Shown here: positions 1-9,467 of the stretch, one piece after another
How the letters are laid out: each line of letters opens with the position of its first letter
Numbering within the stretch: position 1 is the stretch's first letter
Source of the DNA: Thermodesulfobacteriota bacterium
GTDB taxonomy: Bacteria; Desulfobacterota; Binatia; Bin18
Direction: 5' to 3'
DNA length: 64,000 bases
NCBI GenBank assembly: GCA_964291405.2
Contig: OZ219926.1
Coordinates: forward strand, 3,328,001-3,392,000
Made by a program: the position numbers and the translations under genes
Notes under the pieces: generated by a model
What the model was told of the DNA's origin: nothing
What the model saw: the letters and a program-made list of their open reading frames with translations, nothing else
The model's database searches: none

Positions 1-1
1 G

Positions 2-166
2 GACATCTCCCGGGAGGCGGTTATTATCCCCCTGCGGCCGCAGGGCACCGGCAGCCTCAGGATGCTTGAGAATGGCACCCTCGAAATCGTTGTCCCGGAC
101 GCTATTCCATTTGATGACTGGTACGCCTCGCTTGAAGACGGGATTCAGAAACTGAAGATGGGCTGA
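2..166 (+). CDS. 3' end of a hypothetical protein (truncated by window edge)
   Basis: Open frame from base 2: DISREAVIIPLRPQGTGSLRMLENGTLEIVVPDAIPFDDWYASLEDGIQKLKMG, TGA at 164-166; convergent with next gene. Confidence 0.65.
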   Translation, partial: DISREAVIIPLRPQGTGSLRMLENGTLEIVVPDAIPFDDWYASLEDGIQKLKMG

Positions 167-185
167 GCGACTCCACCTGCCTGAG

Positions 186-1070
186 CTATAGCGGCTGCGG
201 TTCCGAATGGATGGGAGGCTGTGCCGCAGGCGGGTCGGCCGGGCCATCCAGGTGGACATCCTTTTCGACGGTTTTTTCATCCGGGAGTTCCGTGCGTTCC
301 AGCACGAAGGGTTTCCCCCGTCCCGTCGGGTTGGCCACAAACACATCATAGCTGCCGGTCTCCAGGACAAAGCGATGTTCCTGGCCGGGCTCACTGCGGG
401 CAATCTCTTTTTGCGTCCCGGCGGCGTAAATGATGACCTGAGTCAGCGAACTGACATCTTTTCCGGCCAGCCGGGGATGGACCAGGAGCTCGCCACGTAC
501 ACGCTCGCGCAGCGTCAGTTCCCGCAGTCCGCCCCGGAGGAGCTCAATATCGCGCCACCACTGGCTCTGGGGTGGGACGGCGACCTTGACATCGACCAAG
601 CCCGGTTGCGCCAGGATGATCTCTCCGCTCAGGAACTCTCCCAGCAGTTCGTTGGACACGCCGTCATAGACCTCAACGCCGAGGCCGATATCCTGGCCCC
701 TTTTATCCAGGACGTTGACCTGGAGGGCCGCGACTTCGCTGAGGATGACCGTACTGGTCCGACCGGACCGAACCAGCACGCGCTCGCGCGAGACCGTTCC
801 GCCCAGAATGTCGAGTTCAACGCGATAGGACCCGGGCGGCAGCGAGGCGGGTGTGTTCAGGGGTGTTTGGGTGATGAGCGTATCGGGTGTGAGGCTATAG
901 ATTCTGGCCGAGAGCCCACCCGGCTGAGCCTGCTCTCCCGGAGTCTGGATGAGCAGGTTGCCATGGGGTTCGGGCTCGGCCGCAGGCTGCGCGATACAAA
1001 CGTGGCTAAAGAGAAAAAAGCAGCTCAGCAGAACGGCCAGGAGCCACAGCGCTTGTTTATATCCAACCAT
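186..1070 (-). CDS. Exported hypothetical protein, probably repeated beta-sandwich modules
   Basis: 294-aa ORF; N-terminal K + hydrophobic stretch + CIA-Q cleavage-like site; recurring LPPGSYRV / LETGSYDVFV motifs; Pro-rich tail. Confidence 0.7.
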   Translation of the reverse strand: MVGYKQALWLLAVLLSCFFLFSHVCIAQPAAEPEPHGNLLIQTPGEQAQPGGLSARIYSLTPDTLITQTPLNTPASLPPGSYRVELDILGGTVSRERVLVRSGRTSTVILSEVAALQVNVLDKRGQDIGLGVEVYDGVSNELLGEFLSGEIILAQPGLVDVKVAVPPQSQWWRDIELLRGGLRELTLRERVRGELLVHPRLAGKDVSSLTQVIIYAAGTQKEIARSEPGQEHRFVLETGSYDVFVANPTGRGKPFVLERTELPDEKTVEKDVHLDGPADPPAAQPPIHSEPQPL

Positions 1071-1092
1071 ACGAGAAGGACGTCACCAGGGT

Positions 1093-1914
1093 CTATTTTT
1101 CCAGCGGGAGGTCCTCGCGGTTGCCCCATTCGGCCCAGGAGGCATCGTAGTTGCGCACCTTGTCAAAACCGAGTAGCCGAAGGGTGAACAATCCGTGCGC
1201 CGCACGGATACCACCCTGTCAATAGGTGACGACTTCACACTCGGGGCTGACCCCGACCTGCTCAAACATGGGGCGGAGTTCGTCCGCGGATTTGAACTTT
1301 TTTGTCTTGGGATCAACATAGTTGAGCCATTCGAGATGGACCGCGCCAGGAATCCGCCCGCCCCGCTTGGTGCCCCGGTTGTTCTCGCCGGTCCACTCCG
1401 CATCCGAGCGCACATCGAGCAGCACGGTATCTGCGGTAATGGCCCCCTGGACCTGCTCCCAGCGGGCGATCATGTCTTCATTGGCCTGGGGCGTAAAGGT
1501 CGCTTTGGCCGGACGGGACGCGATGTTTGTCACCGGCCGCCCTTCGGCCAGCCAGGCGTCCCAGCCGCCGTTCAATACTCTGACATTGGTATGGCCGTAA
1601 TAGTGCAGCGCCCACCAGAACCGGGTCGCGTACAGTCCGCTGAAGCCATCATAGGCGACCACCGGCGTATCATCCCCAATGCCCATTTCCCCCATTGTCT
1701 GAGCAAACTGGTCCGGGCCCATGATATGCGGCGCGCCTTCTTTTTCCTTGAAATAATGGTGGCCGCGCACGGGAATCGCCCCCGGAATATGGGCGCGGCG
1801 GTAGGCTTCGCGATTATCACAATCGACGACTCGCAGGTTGTCGTCCTGGAGATGCGCCGCGAGCCATTGGGTCTCTGCCAGCATGTCCGGTCGGGTATAG
1901 CCGTGGTCTGTCAT
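1093..1914 (-). CDS. Two-domain rhodanese/sulfurtransferase (SseA/TST family), probable selenoprotein with Sec at TGA 1219-1221
   Basis: Rhodanese motifs [28 protein letters not shown]; reading through VVTY-TGA gives [44 protein letters not shown] (1093-1095), the family C-terminal signature. Confidence 0.9.
1181..1217 (-). promoter_or_regulatory. Putative bacterial SECIS hairpin
   Basis: mRNA after UGA: c-AGGGUG-gu-AUCCGUGC-ggc-GCACGGAU-uguu-CACCCU; 6-bp lower and 8-bp upper stems, G-first apical loop 18 nt after UGA. Confidence 0.75.
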
Positions 1915-1926
1915 TATTCGCCTCCT

Positions 1927-2769
1927 TTACTGTCCCGAGTAGCGGGGCGTCCGTTTTTCCATAAACGCCCGCACCGCTTCTTTGGCATCCTGGGATCGAA
2001 TGCAGACCGCTTGGCTCTTGGCTTCCAGCAGGAGTCCGTCACGGACGGAAAGATATTGGCTGGCGTCAATCGCCCGCTTGGCAGCGCGCACGGCTAGCGG
2101 CGGTTGGCTGGCCAACTGGTCTGCCAGGTCCATCACGGTCGCCTCTAATGCCTCCTCGTCAACGAGCCGTTCGGCCAGACCGATACGATAGGCTTCTTCG
2201 GCCTCAATCTGCTGTGCGGTGAAGATGAGTTCTTTGGCCTTGCCGGTGCCGACCAGACGGGGCAGGCGTTGGGTTCCGCCCAGGTCGGGGATGAGGCCGT
2301 AGCGGTGCTCCAGCAAGCCCAGCCGGCTCCCGCGGGCGACCACCCGGATATCGCAGGCCAGCGCCATCTGCAGGCCCGCGCCTAAAGCATAGCCCCGGAC
2401 CGCGGCAATGGTCGGGTAGGGGGCTTCTTCAAGCCAGGTGAAGGCTTCCTGAAAACCCTGGATAATGGACACCATGGGGTCATCGTCGGCCACCACCTTG
2501 GGTATGGGCTCATGTTCGTGTCCGTTAAAGACCACGCCGCCAAAGGCAGAGGTGTCGATGCCGGTTGAGAAGGCGCGGCCTTCACCAATCACGACAAGCG
2601 CCCGTAGCTGGTTCTCGCGCGCATGTTCTTCGGTGGAAAGCGTGTCGCCGAGTTCCCGTAACGCCTGCCACATCTGGGGCGTCATGGCGTTCAGCTTTTC
2701 CGCCCGGTTGAGCCGCAGCCAACCTATATGTCCGACCTGTTCATAACGTACCGCTTCATCTTGCGTCAT
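1927..2769 (-). CDS. Enoyl-CoA hydratase/isomerase family protein
   Basis: LNRAEKLNA, GRAFSTGID, IAAVRGYALGAG, GLIPDLGGTQRLPRLVG. Confidence 0.92.
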   Translation of the reverse strand: MTQDEAVRYEQVGHIGWLRLNRAEKLNAMTPQMWQALRELGDTLSTEEHARENQLRALVVIGEGRAFSTGIDTSAFGGVVFNGHEHEPIPKVVADDDPMVSIIQGFQEAFTWLEEAPYPTIAAVRGYALGAGLQMALACDIRVVARGSRLGLLEHRYGLIPDLGGTQRLPRLVGTGKAKELIFTAQQIEAEEAYRIGLAERLVDEEALEATVMDLADQLASQPPLAVRAAKRAIDASQYLSVRDGLLLEAKSQAVCIRSQDAKEAVRAFMEKRTPRYSGQ

Positions 2770-2865
2770 ATTTATATCTACATTCCTTCCGAGAAAGTCG
2801 CTTCCAACGTAGCGGTTTCATCCGCTGATTCCAAACCCCTCGACGGAATCAAGCGTCGCGCTCGG

Positions 2866-3930
2866 TTACTGGTTTCTATACGGTCCGATAATCTCTCGGG
2901 CGAACTCCACGATACTTTCTTCCACTAGACTCCACGGAGGGGAGACAACAATCTGGGTGAGTCCGGCGGCTTCAAGCTGATGGAGGCGTTCGAGAATATC
3001 ATCGCGCGAGCCGGTCAGACTCATGGTCTGAATGGCCTCGGGGGTAATGAATTTCTCTTCGCCCGGATGCAGAAAGCGCGAGTGCGTGGCATGAATGTCT
3101 TCCCAGCGGTCATCCAGATAGCGCTGGTACTCTGATGTCAGGAAAGGCTGTAAAAAAGGTGGCACCGTTTTGCCCTGTTTGGCGACTTCATAGGCATAGT
3201 GCAGGGCCACCGCAATGCGCGGGCCGACCCGCGACAGCACGCGCGGACTGTTCACCGCCTCGCCGGGTTGCAGCACACAGGAGACGCCGAGTGTGACCAC
3301 GCTGAAGTCGGAGGGTTTCCCACCGTTTCGGCCCTCCCAGCCCTGTGCGACTGCCGTCAGATTGCGGGTGAGCGACTCGGGCGAGAGCAGGCTCAGGGTC
3401 AACAGGCCGTCGCCTAGCTCACCGGCCAGGGCCTGGGCCTTGGGATGCGAGGCCGCCAGATAGATGGGGATGCGCTCGCGCGTATTAATATAGCCGTGCT
3501 CGACATCCATGAACCGAATTCGGCTCTGCCGTCCACGCTCGTGATAGGGGACAGTCTCACCTCGGAGCAGGCCCTGGCAGACCTCGACCGCGTGCCGGAA
3601 CTCCGCAAGCGAGACCGGCGGCATATCCATGGTCCGCCAAGCCGTATGGCCGGTGCCCAGACCGAGGATCACCCGGCCGGGCGCAAGCTGATTGATGGTG
3701 GCAATCGAGTGCGCAATGACAGGCGGAATGCGCGTCCCGACAATGGTGACGCCGGTCCCGAGGCGGATTGTTTTTGTATACGTGGCAGCCAGGGTCATGC
3801 AGGCATACACGTCCGAGGTGAGCATCTGCGAATCTACGAACCAGGCATGAGTAAACCCCATCTGCTCGGCCAGCAGGGCGTGTTTCCATCCGTTATGAAT
3901 ATGTGACTGAAAGCCAACTCCGAAGTCCAT
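2866..3930 (-). CDS. LLM-class flavin/F420-dependent oxidoreductase
   Basis: AEQMGFTHAWFVDS, IRLGTGVT, APGRVILGLGTG, IPIYLAA, AGELGDG. Confidence 0.9.
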   Translation of the reverse strand: MDFGVGFQSHIHNGWKHALLAEQMGFTHAWFVDSQMLTSDVYACMTLAATYTKTIRLGTGVTIVGTRIPPVIAHSIATINQLAPGRVILGLGTGHTAWRTMDMPPVSLAEFRHAVEVCQGLLRGETVPYHERGRQSRIRFMDVEHGYINTRERIPIYLAASHPKAQALAGELGDGLLTLSLLSPESLTRNLTAVAQGWEGRNGGKPSDFSVVTLGVSCVLQPGEAVNSPRVLSRVGPRIAVALHYAYEVAKQGKTVPPFLQPFLTSEYQRYLDDRWEDIHATHSRFLHPGEEKFITPEAIQTMSLTGSRDDILERLHQLEAAGLTQIVVSPPWSLVEESIVEFAREIIGPYRNQ

Positions 3931-3986
3931 AGGTGCCCTCTAATTTTTCGATACGCTCTATCCAACACCCCTTCACCAAGTTGTCC

Positions 3987-4949
3987 CTACCGTGGCTCCA
4001 GCGGCATGCCTTCGCGTTTACGCACATCGCTCAAATAGGCCAGGATGCCGTCCTCAACCGTATACTTGGGTGTGAAGTCCAGCTCGGTCCGCAGGCGGTC
4101 GGTCTTGACCAGTGAGGTCATGGCTACGGGTTTATCACTGACCGAGATATTGGCGTCGGGCAGCAACTCGCGCAGATAGGCCGTGATCTCGCCCGTCTTG
4201 CGACTGGGGCCGGCCATGTTGAACACGCGGGATTGCGGGTTTTCAATATGATACGCCCGACGAAAGACCTCCGCGGCATCGGCAACGTACAGCCAGTCGG
4301 CAATCTGCTCGTCCTGTGGCATGACGACCGGCTTGCCGAGCAGGGCCAGCTCAGGGGCCACCATAAAATGATCCCCCGCCGCTCCCCGGCGTTGGCCGCG
4401 TCCCTCGCCAAACACCGAGGTCGGCCGGATCGCAATGAAGTCCATGCCATAAGCGTGATTATAGTAGTCTGCAGTATGCTCGTTGAATAATTTGCACGCG
4501 CCGTACAGGCCAGCCTGATTGCTGGTAGACGGAGCGGGCGGGTCGTCTTCGCTCAACTCCGGGGCGGTGCTGGCCGTGCGCTCGGGAAACACCGCGACCG
4601 AGCTCATATACACGACGCGCTTCAGGCCGCTCAGCCGGGCGGCCTCAAAGATGTTGGTGGTGCCGATACAATTCACGTTAATCGACGGCAGCGGATTGCG
4701 GATGCCGCCGGTTCCCAGATAGTAGGCGAGATGAATAATTCCCTCGATTTTGTTGCGCTGGATCACGTCTATGAGCGCGGTCACTTCCATGACATCGCCC
4801 TGCAAGACCTTCACCTGGTCGGCCACGTCCGCGACCGCCTGTCGGTTCGGGACGGTATCGAGAATGACGACGTTCTCTCCCGACTGAACCAGATGTCGTG
4901 TCAAATGTCGGCCCAAAAACCCGGTGCCCCCAGTAATCAGAATCGCCAT
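3987..4949 (-). CDS. NAD-dependent epimerase/dehydratase (extended SDR)
   Basis: ILITGGTGFLG, HLA, SSVAVF, YGACK (YxxxK); start moved to ATG 4949 after GGAGG. Confidence 0.9.
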   Translation of the reverse strand: MAILITGGTGFLGRHLTRHLVQSGENVVILDTVPNRQAVADVADQVKVLQGDVMEVTALIDVIQRNKIEGIIHLAYYLGTGGIRNPLPSINVNCIGTTNIFEAARLSGLKRVVYMSSVAVFPERTASTAPELSEDDPPAPSTSNQAGLYGACKLFNEHTADYYNHAYGMDFIAIRPTSVFGEGRGQRRGAAGDHFMVAPELALLGKPVVMPQDEQIADWLYVADAAEVFRRAYHIENPQSRVFNMAGPSRKTGEITAYLRELLPDANISVSDKPVAMTSLVKTDRLRTELDFTPKYTVEDGILAYLSDVRKREGMPLEPR

Positions 4950-5128
4950 ATGTACAGCCTCCTTAGAGACTGCTGTACGGAATTTATGACAAGGCCGCAA
5001 CTCTCCCGACGCACACGGCGTACCATCCGCCCTTTCTTTCTGTCTCTTTTTGGGACAACCTGAGCGCAGCAATCTGAATGAGGCGAATTGAAAGGCCTCG
5101 TATCGCCAGTCACAAGGGAGGGAGTGCT

Positions 5129-5560
5129 ATGGCACATGCTGCAACCGTGCGCATGGTCGCGGAAGAAGAAGCTACCGGTAAAGTCGCGGAGATCTATGCT
5201 GACATCAAAGCTACAAAGGATATTCCGGCGGTGCCGAATTTCTGGCGAGTACTGGCCAGTCATCCGGACAATCTGGAGATGATTTGGACCCGGTTGAAAG
5301 CGCTCATGCATCCCGAGGCCAGTGGACGGGAGTCGCCCCTTGATCCTCGCACACGCGAGATTATTGCCCTGGCCGTTTCGGCCACCAACGGCTGTGCCTA
5401 CTGTATTAACTCCCACACTGCGGCCCTGCGGAAGCTGGGCTGCGACACCGAAACGCTGGGAGAGGTCATGGCCATTGTGGCGCTGTTCAACAGCACCAAT
5501 GCCCTGGCGGACGGCTACCAGATTACGCCGGACGTATTACCGCCTGTTGATGAGGCGTAG
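5129..5560 (+). CDS. AhpD-like carboxymuconolactone decarboxylase family protein
   Basis: REIIALAVSATNGCAYCINSH (CxxC..H); ATG 5129 after GGAGG. Confidence 0.88.
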   Translation: MAHAATVRMVAEEEATGKVAEIYADIKATKDIPAVPNFWRVLASHPDNLEMIWTRLKALMHPEASGRESPLDPRTREIIALAVSATNGCAYCINSHTAALRKLGCDTETLGEVMAIVALFNSTNALADGYQITPDVLPPVDEA

Positions 5561-5572
5561 CCAAGACCGTGC

Positions 5573-8059
5573 ATGACAGGAGCGACTATGCCGACGGTTT
5601 CACAAACTGCGTCTTTGCTTGCTCTCTTCTTGTGTGTCGCCACCTGTCTCTCGCCGTCCCTAGGTCGTACCGCGGTCGTGCCTCAGACAAGTGTTCAGGA
5701 GGATGGAATGGAAACACTGCGCCTCTCCGGTCTCCACGAGCCGGTCGAAATCCTGACCGACCGCTGGGGTATTGCCCACATCTATGCCAAGAACCAGCAT
5801 GACCTGTTTTTTGCCCAAGGCTATAACGCGGCCCGCGACCGCCTGTTTCAGCTTGAGATCTGGCGCCGGCGCGTCACCGGCACGATGGCCGAGATTCAAG
5901 GTCCCAAAGCCCTGAACCGCGACATCGGTACCCGGCTGCTGCGTTTTCGTGGCGATCTGGATCAGGAGTGTCAGTACTATCACCCGGATGGGAAAGAGAT
6001 CATCACCGCCTTTGTCCAGGGTATTAACGCCTATATTCAGCAGACCCGGGAACGGCCGGACCTGTTGCCCCTTGAGTTCGGTCTGCTGGGCATTACCCCC
6101 CAAGCCTGGACCCTGGACATCGTGCTGGCACGTATCGGTGGAATCTTTCTGAACCTGGAAACCGAGGTTCTGATCGCCCAGGCGCTGCAAACCATGCAGC
6201 CCGAAGCGATCCGGGCGATGCTCCACTTGCACCCCGGAACGCCCGACCTGACCGCAGCCGAAGGACTGGATGTGGCGACCATTCCCGGCGATGTCCTCAA
6301 GTATTATCAAGCCGCGCGCGAAGCGGTCGTCTTTGCGCCCGAAGACGTTGTTGATCCGCGGAATCGTGCCACAGAAACCGCTGACGCAGTGACTCAGTCC
6401 GCTACCCCGGCCTTTACCGGGAAGAGCGTGTCACAAGACGAGGGCAGTAATAATTGGGTGGTGAACGGCACCAAAACGCTCTCTCGGCAGCCGCTCATGG
6501 TCAACGACCCGCACCGTGCGATTACCGCGCCATCGCTGCGTTACTGGGTACATCTGGTCGCGCCCGGCTGGAACGTGATCGGCGGTGGCGAGCCCCACCT
6601 GCCCGGTGTTTCTATCGGACATAACGAGCAGGGGGCCTGGGGGCTGACGATTTTCCCGACCGACTCCGAAGACCTGTATGTATATAAGACCAACCCGGAC
6701 AACCCACATCAGTATTGGTACCGGGGGGAATGGGAGGATATGCGGGTTCTCCACGAGACGATCCCGGTGAAAGGCCAGGACGCCGCCGCAGTCGAACTGA
6801 AATACACCCGACACGGTCCTATCCTGGCCGAAGACCCGGAGCGGCACCTGGCTTTTGGGCTGCGGGCCGCCTGGCTCGATATCGGTGGGGTGCCGTATTT
6901 GGCCAGCCTGCGGATGGACCAGGCCAAAACCTGGCAAGAGTTCCGTGAGGCGTGCGCATATTCCCGCGCCCCGTCAGAGAACATGGTCTGGGCGGACAGA
7001 CAGGGTAATATCGGCTGGCAGGCGGTCGGTGTCGTGCCGCTCCGGCCCAACTGGAACGGTCTGGTACCCGTGCCGGGGGACGGACGCTTTGAGTGGGATG
7101 GCTATCTGCCGATTCGCGAGCTGCCGCACGTCCTGAATCCCTCGGAGGGGTTTATCGCAACGGCAAACCAGGAGAACCTCCCGCCCAGCTACCCCTATCC
7201 GATCAGCTATTACTGGCTGGAGCCCTACCGGTTTGCCCGGATTGAGGAAGTCCTGGCCGCAGGTAGAAACCTGACGGCCCGAGAGATGATGCAACTCCAA
7301 AGCGATGAATACTCGATTCCCGCGCGTTTGCTGGTGCCGTTTCTGCAGGCCTTGGACAAGGATTGGGCGGCAGAAGACCCGCTCGTCCAGGCTGCGCTCA
7401 ACACGCTGCACGCCTGGGACTTCGTGCTGGACAAGGACTCCGTTGCCGCCGGGATCTATGCGGCCTGGCAGCGCCAGTTGTGGGAGCAATTCCGGAACAC
7501 GCACGTCCCAGCCGCTCTCCAGGAATCATTTGCGAGTATTGTTGTCACCCCGCTCATCAACAGCCTCCTTGCTCCTGATGGCAGCTACGGTCCTGATCCA
7601 CTCGCCGGACGAGACCAATTCATACGTGAGAGTTTTAAGGCCGCCGTCCGCTCCCTCGTCACCCGCTTCGGCCCGGATATAAACAATTGGACCTATGGCC
7701 AAACCGCCTATCACCACATCGTCATCAAACACATGCTGAGTGACGCGGTGAACGCCGAACTCCGAGCCCAACTCGACGTTGGTCCCATTCCGCGTGGCGG
7801 GGATAGCTTTACGGTCAATAATACCGGCAGCGAGGACATGCAGACCGTGGGGGCTTCTTTTCGGCTGATTGCCGACCCCAGTAACTGGGACCGGTCATTA
7901 GGTATCAATACGCCTGGACAGGCAGGCGATCCAGCCCAGGCGCATTATCGCGATCTGTCTGGGCTGTGGGCCGAGGGGCAGTATTTCCCCGTTTTGTATT
8001 CTCGAGACAAGATTTTGACGGTAACGGAACACAAGACGCTACTCCAACCGGAGCCATAA
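5573..8059 (+). CDS. Penicillin acylase / Ntn-hydrolase (S45) family, exported
   Basis: Signal peptide; DRWGIAHIYA, AQGY..ARDRLFQLE, GSNNW (beta-chain Ser nucleophile), NDPH, TANQ, PGQAG. Confidence 0.93.
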   Translation: MTGATMPTVSQTASLLALFLCVATCLSPSLGRTAVVPQTSVQEDGMETLRLSGLHEPVEILTDRWGIAHIYAKNQHDLFFAQGYNAARDRLFQLEIWRRRVTGTMAEIQGPKALNRDIGTRLLRFRGDLDQECQYYHPDGKEIITAFVQGINAYIQQTRERPDLLPLEFGLLGITPQAWTLDIVLARIGGIFLNLETEVLIAQALQTMQPEAIRAMLHLHPGTPDLTAAEGLDVATIPGDVLKYYQAAREAVVFAPEDVVDPRNRATETADAVTQSATPAFTGKSVSQDEGSNNWVVNGTKTLSRQPLMVNDPHRAITAPSLRYWVHLVAPGWNVIGGGEPHLPGVSIGHNEQGAWGLTIFPTDSEDLYVYKTNPDNPHQYWYRGEWEDMRVLHETIPVKGQDAAAVELKYTRHGPILAEDPERHLAFGLRAAWLDIGGVPYLASLRMDQAKTWQEFREACAYSRAPSENMVWADRQGNIGWQAVGVVPLRPNWNGLVPVPGDGRFEWDGYLPIRELPHVLNPSEGFIATANQENLPPSYPYPISYYWLEPYRFARIEEVLAAGRNLTAREMMQLQSDEYSIPARLLVPFLQALDKDWAAEDPLVQAALNTLHAWDFVLDKDSVAAGIYAAWQRQLWEQFRNTHVPAALQESFASIVVTPLINSLLAPDGSYGPDPLAGRDQFIRESFKAAVRSLVTRFGPDINNWTYGQTAYHHIVIKHMLSDAVNAELRAQLDVGPIPRGGDSFTVNNTGSEDMQTVGASFRLIADPSNWDRSLGINTPGQAGDPAQAHYRDLSGLWAEGQYFPVLYSRDKILTVTEHKTLLQPEP

Positions 8060-8158
8060 ATCGGGCGACGGTATTCTCACCCGTCAACACAATGCCGTGC
8101 CGGCTTGTCGGGTTTATGTGTTCCTTGGTATGTTTGGCCCGTATTCAGGAGGGACACG

Positions 8159-9427
8159 ATGTCAGCACTAGATTCTCAAGCAGCATCTCCACGTAACGAA
8201 TGGCGCAAGCAGACCCCGGGTCATGCCGACTGGGCGCGGACCGCGCATGCTGGTGACCCGCATAAATACTATATGGTTTCGGTCGATACGCACGGGATCG
8301 AACCGAACGATTATCTGGAAAAGCGCATTGAGAAAAAATATCTCCATCGCATTCCGCGTATGAAGATTGACGAGGACGGCGCGCAGTGGACGATCTGCGA
8401 GGGCATGAAGCCCGTGCTGGTCAAACCGGGCCGCAATTATGAAAAACACCTCCCGGCGCTGGAGTCGTTTGAAGATATCGACATGTTTCAGCCCTACTCA
8501 AAACGCTTTGAGGCCGAAGATGTGCGCCGTAACCATGCCGGCATCGATATCACACAGCGTCTGGCCGACGCGGATGCGGATGGCATTGATGCCGAGATTA
8601 TTTTCCCGAATAAAGGCCTGCTGGCCTTTGGCACGCCTGACCCGGTTTTCCAGGGGGCGATGTTCCGCGCCTGGAACCGCTGGGCGCTTGAGACTTTTGG
8701 CGATCACTGGGCTCGTTTCATGCCCATGGCCATGATTGCAACCGGCGATCTTGAAGGAGCCATGGCCGAAGTGCGGTGGGCTACGGAGCATGGCTTCAAG
8801 GGACTCACCATGCCGAATAAGCCCATCTTTGGTCCGCTCAAAGAGGGCGAACTGCAATACAACGACAAATCGTTTGAGCCCCTCTGGTCGCTGATCGAAG
8901 AAGTGGACCTGCCCATGACCTTCCACGTCTCGACCGGACGCGACCCGCGCGCGGTCGGGGGCAATGGCGGGGCGCTGATTAACTATGTTTCGCACTCGAT
9001 GTCGACCGTCATGGACCCGCTCGTGCACCTGATCTCCTCAGGCGTGTTTGAGCGCCATCCTACCCTTAAAGCCGGCTCTATTGAAGGCGGCATCGGCTGG
9101 GTGCCCTGGATGGTCGAGACCCTCGACTACGCCCATCAAGTCCACCATATGTGGGTGCGTCCGGTCCTGCCCGAACCGCCCAGCTTTTATTATCGGCGTA
9201 ACTGTTTCTCGGCCTTCATGAATGACCGCTCCACACTGCTCCTGGCCGAAGAGTTGAACCTGGTCGAAAATTTCATGTGGTCGAATGACTATCCACACCA
9301 CGAAGGTAGTTGGCCGTACTCGGCCGCCAGCATTGAGCGCCAGATGGATACCTTGTCGGAAGCAAGCCGCGAGAAGATTCTCGGTCTGAACGCTGCCCGT
9401 GTCTTCAAACTGGAAGTGCCAGAGTAA
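8159..9427 (+). CDS. Amidohydrolase_2 family protein
   Basis: VSVDTH, DADGIDAEIIFP, TFH, GVFERHP, EGGIGW, MWSNDYPHHEG; ATG 8159 after AGGAGG. Confidence 0.9.
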   Translation: MSALDSQAASPRNEWRKQTPGHADWARTAHAGDPHKYYMVSVDTHGIEPNDYLEKRIEKKYLHRIPRMKIDEDGAQWTICEGMKPVLVKPGRNYEKHLPALESFEDIDMFQPYSKRFEAEDVRRNHAGIDITQRLADADADGIDAEIIFPNKGLLAFGTPDPVFQGAMFRAWNRWALETFGDHWARFMPMAMIATGDLEGAMAEVRWATEHGFKGLTMPNKPIFGPLKEGELQYNDKSFEPLWSLIEEVDLPMTFHVSTGRDPRAVGGNGGALINYVSHSMSTVMDPLVHLISSGVFERHPTLKAGSIEGGIGWVPWMVETLDYAHQVHHMWVRPVLPEPPSFYYRRNCFSAFMNDRSTLLLAEELNLVENFMWSNDYPHHEGSWPYSAASIERQMDTLSEASREKILGLNAARVFKLEVPE

Positions 9428-9467
9428 GACTGTACCACTCGAGTTGCGGTACAAGAATTGGGCTAGG

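Noticed and set aside
1219-1221. TGA as a nonsense mutation or genome-wide UGA recoding
   Set aside because: It falls exactly on the catalytic Cys with intact downstream sequence and a hairpin; many other genes here end normally at TGA.
207-2097. Long + strand ORFs 207-1187 and 1195-2097 (and similar antisense ORFs elsewhere)
   Set aside because: Antisense shadows of motif-supported genes in GC-rich DNA; no recognisable motifs.
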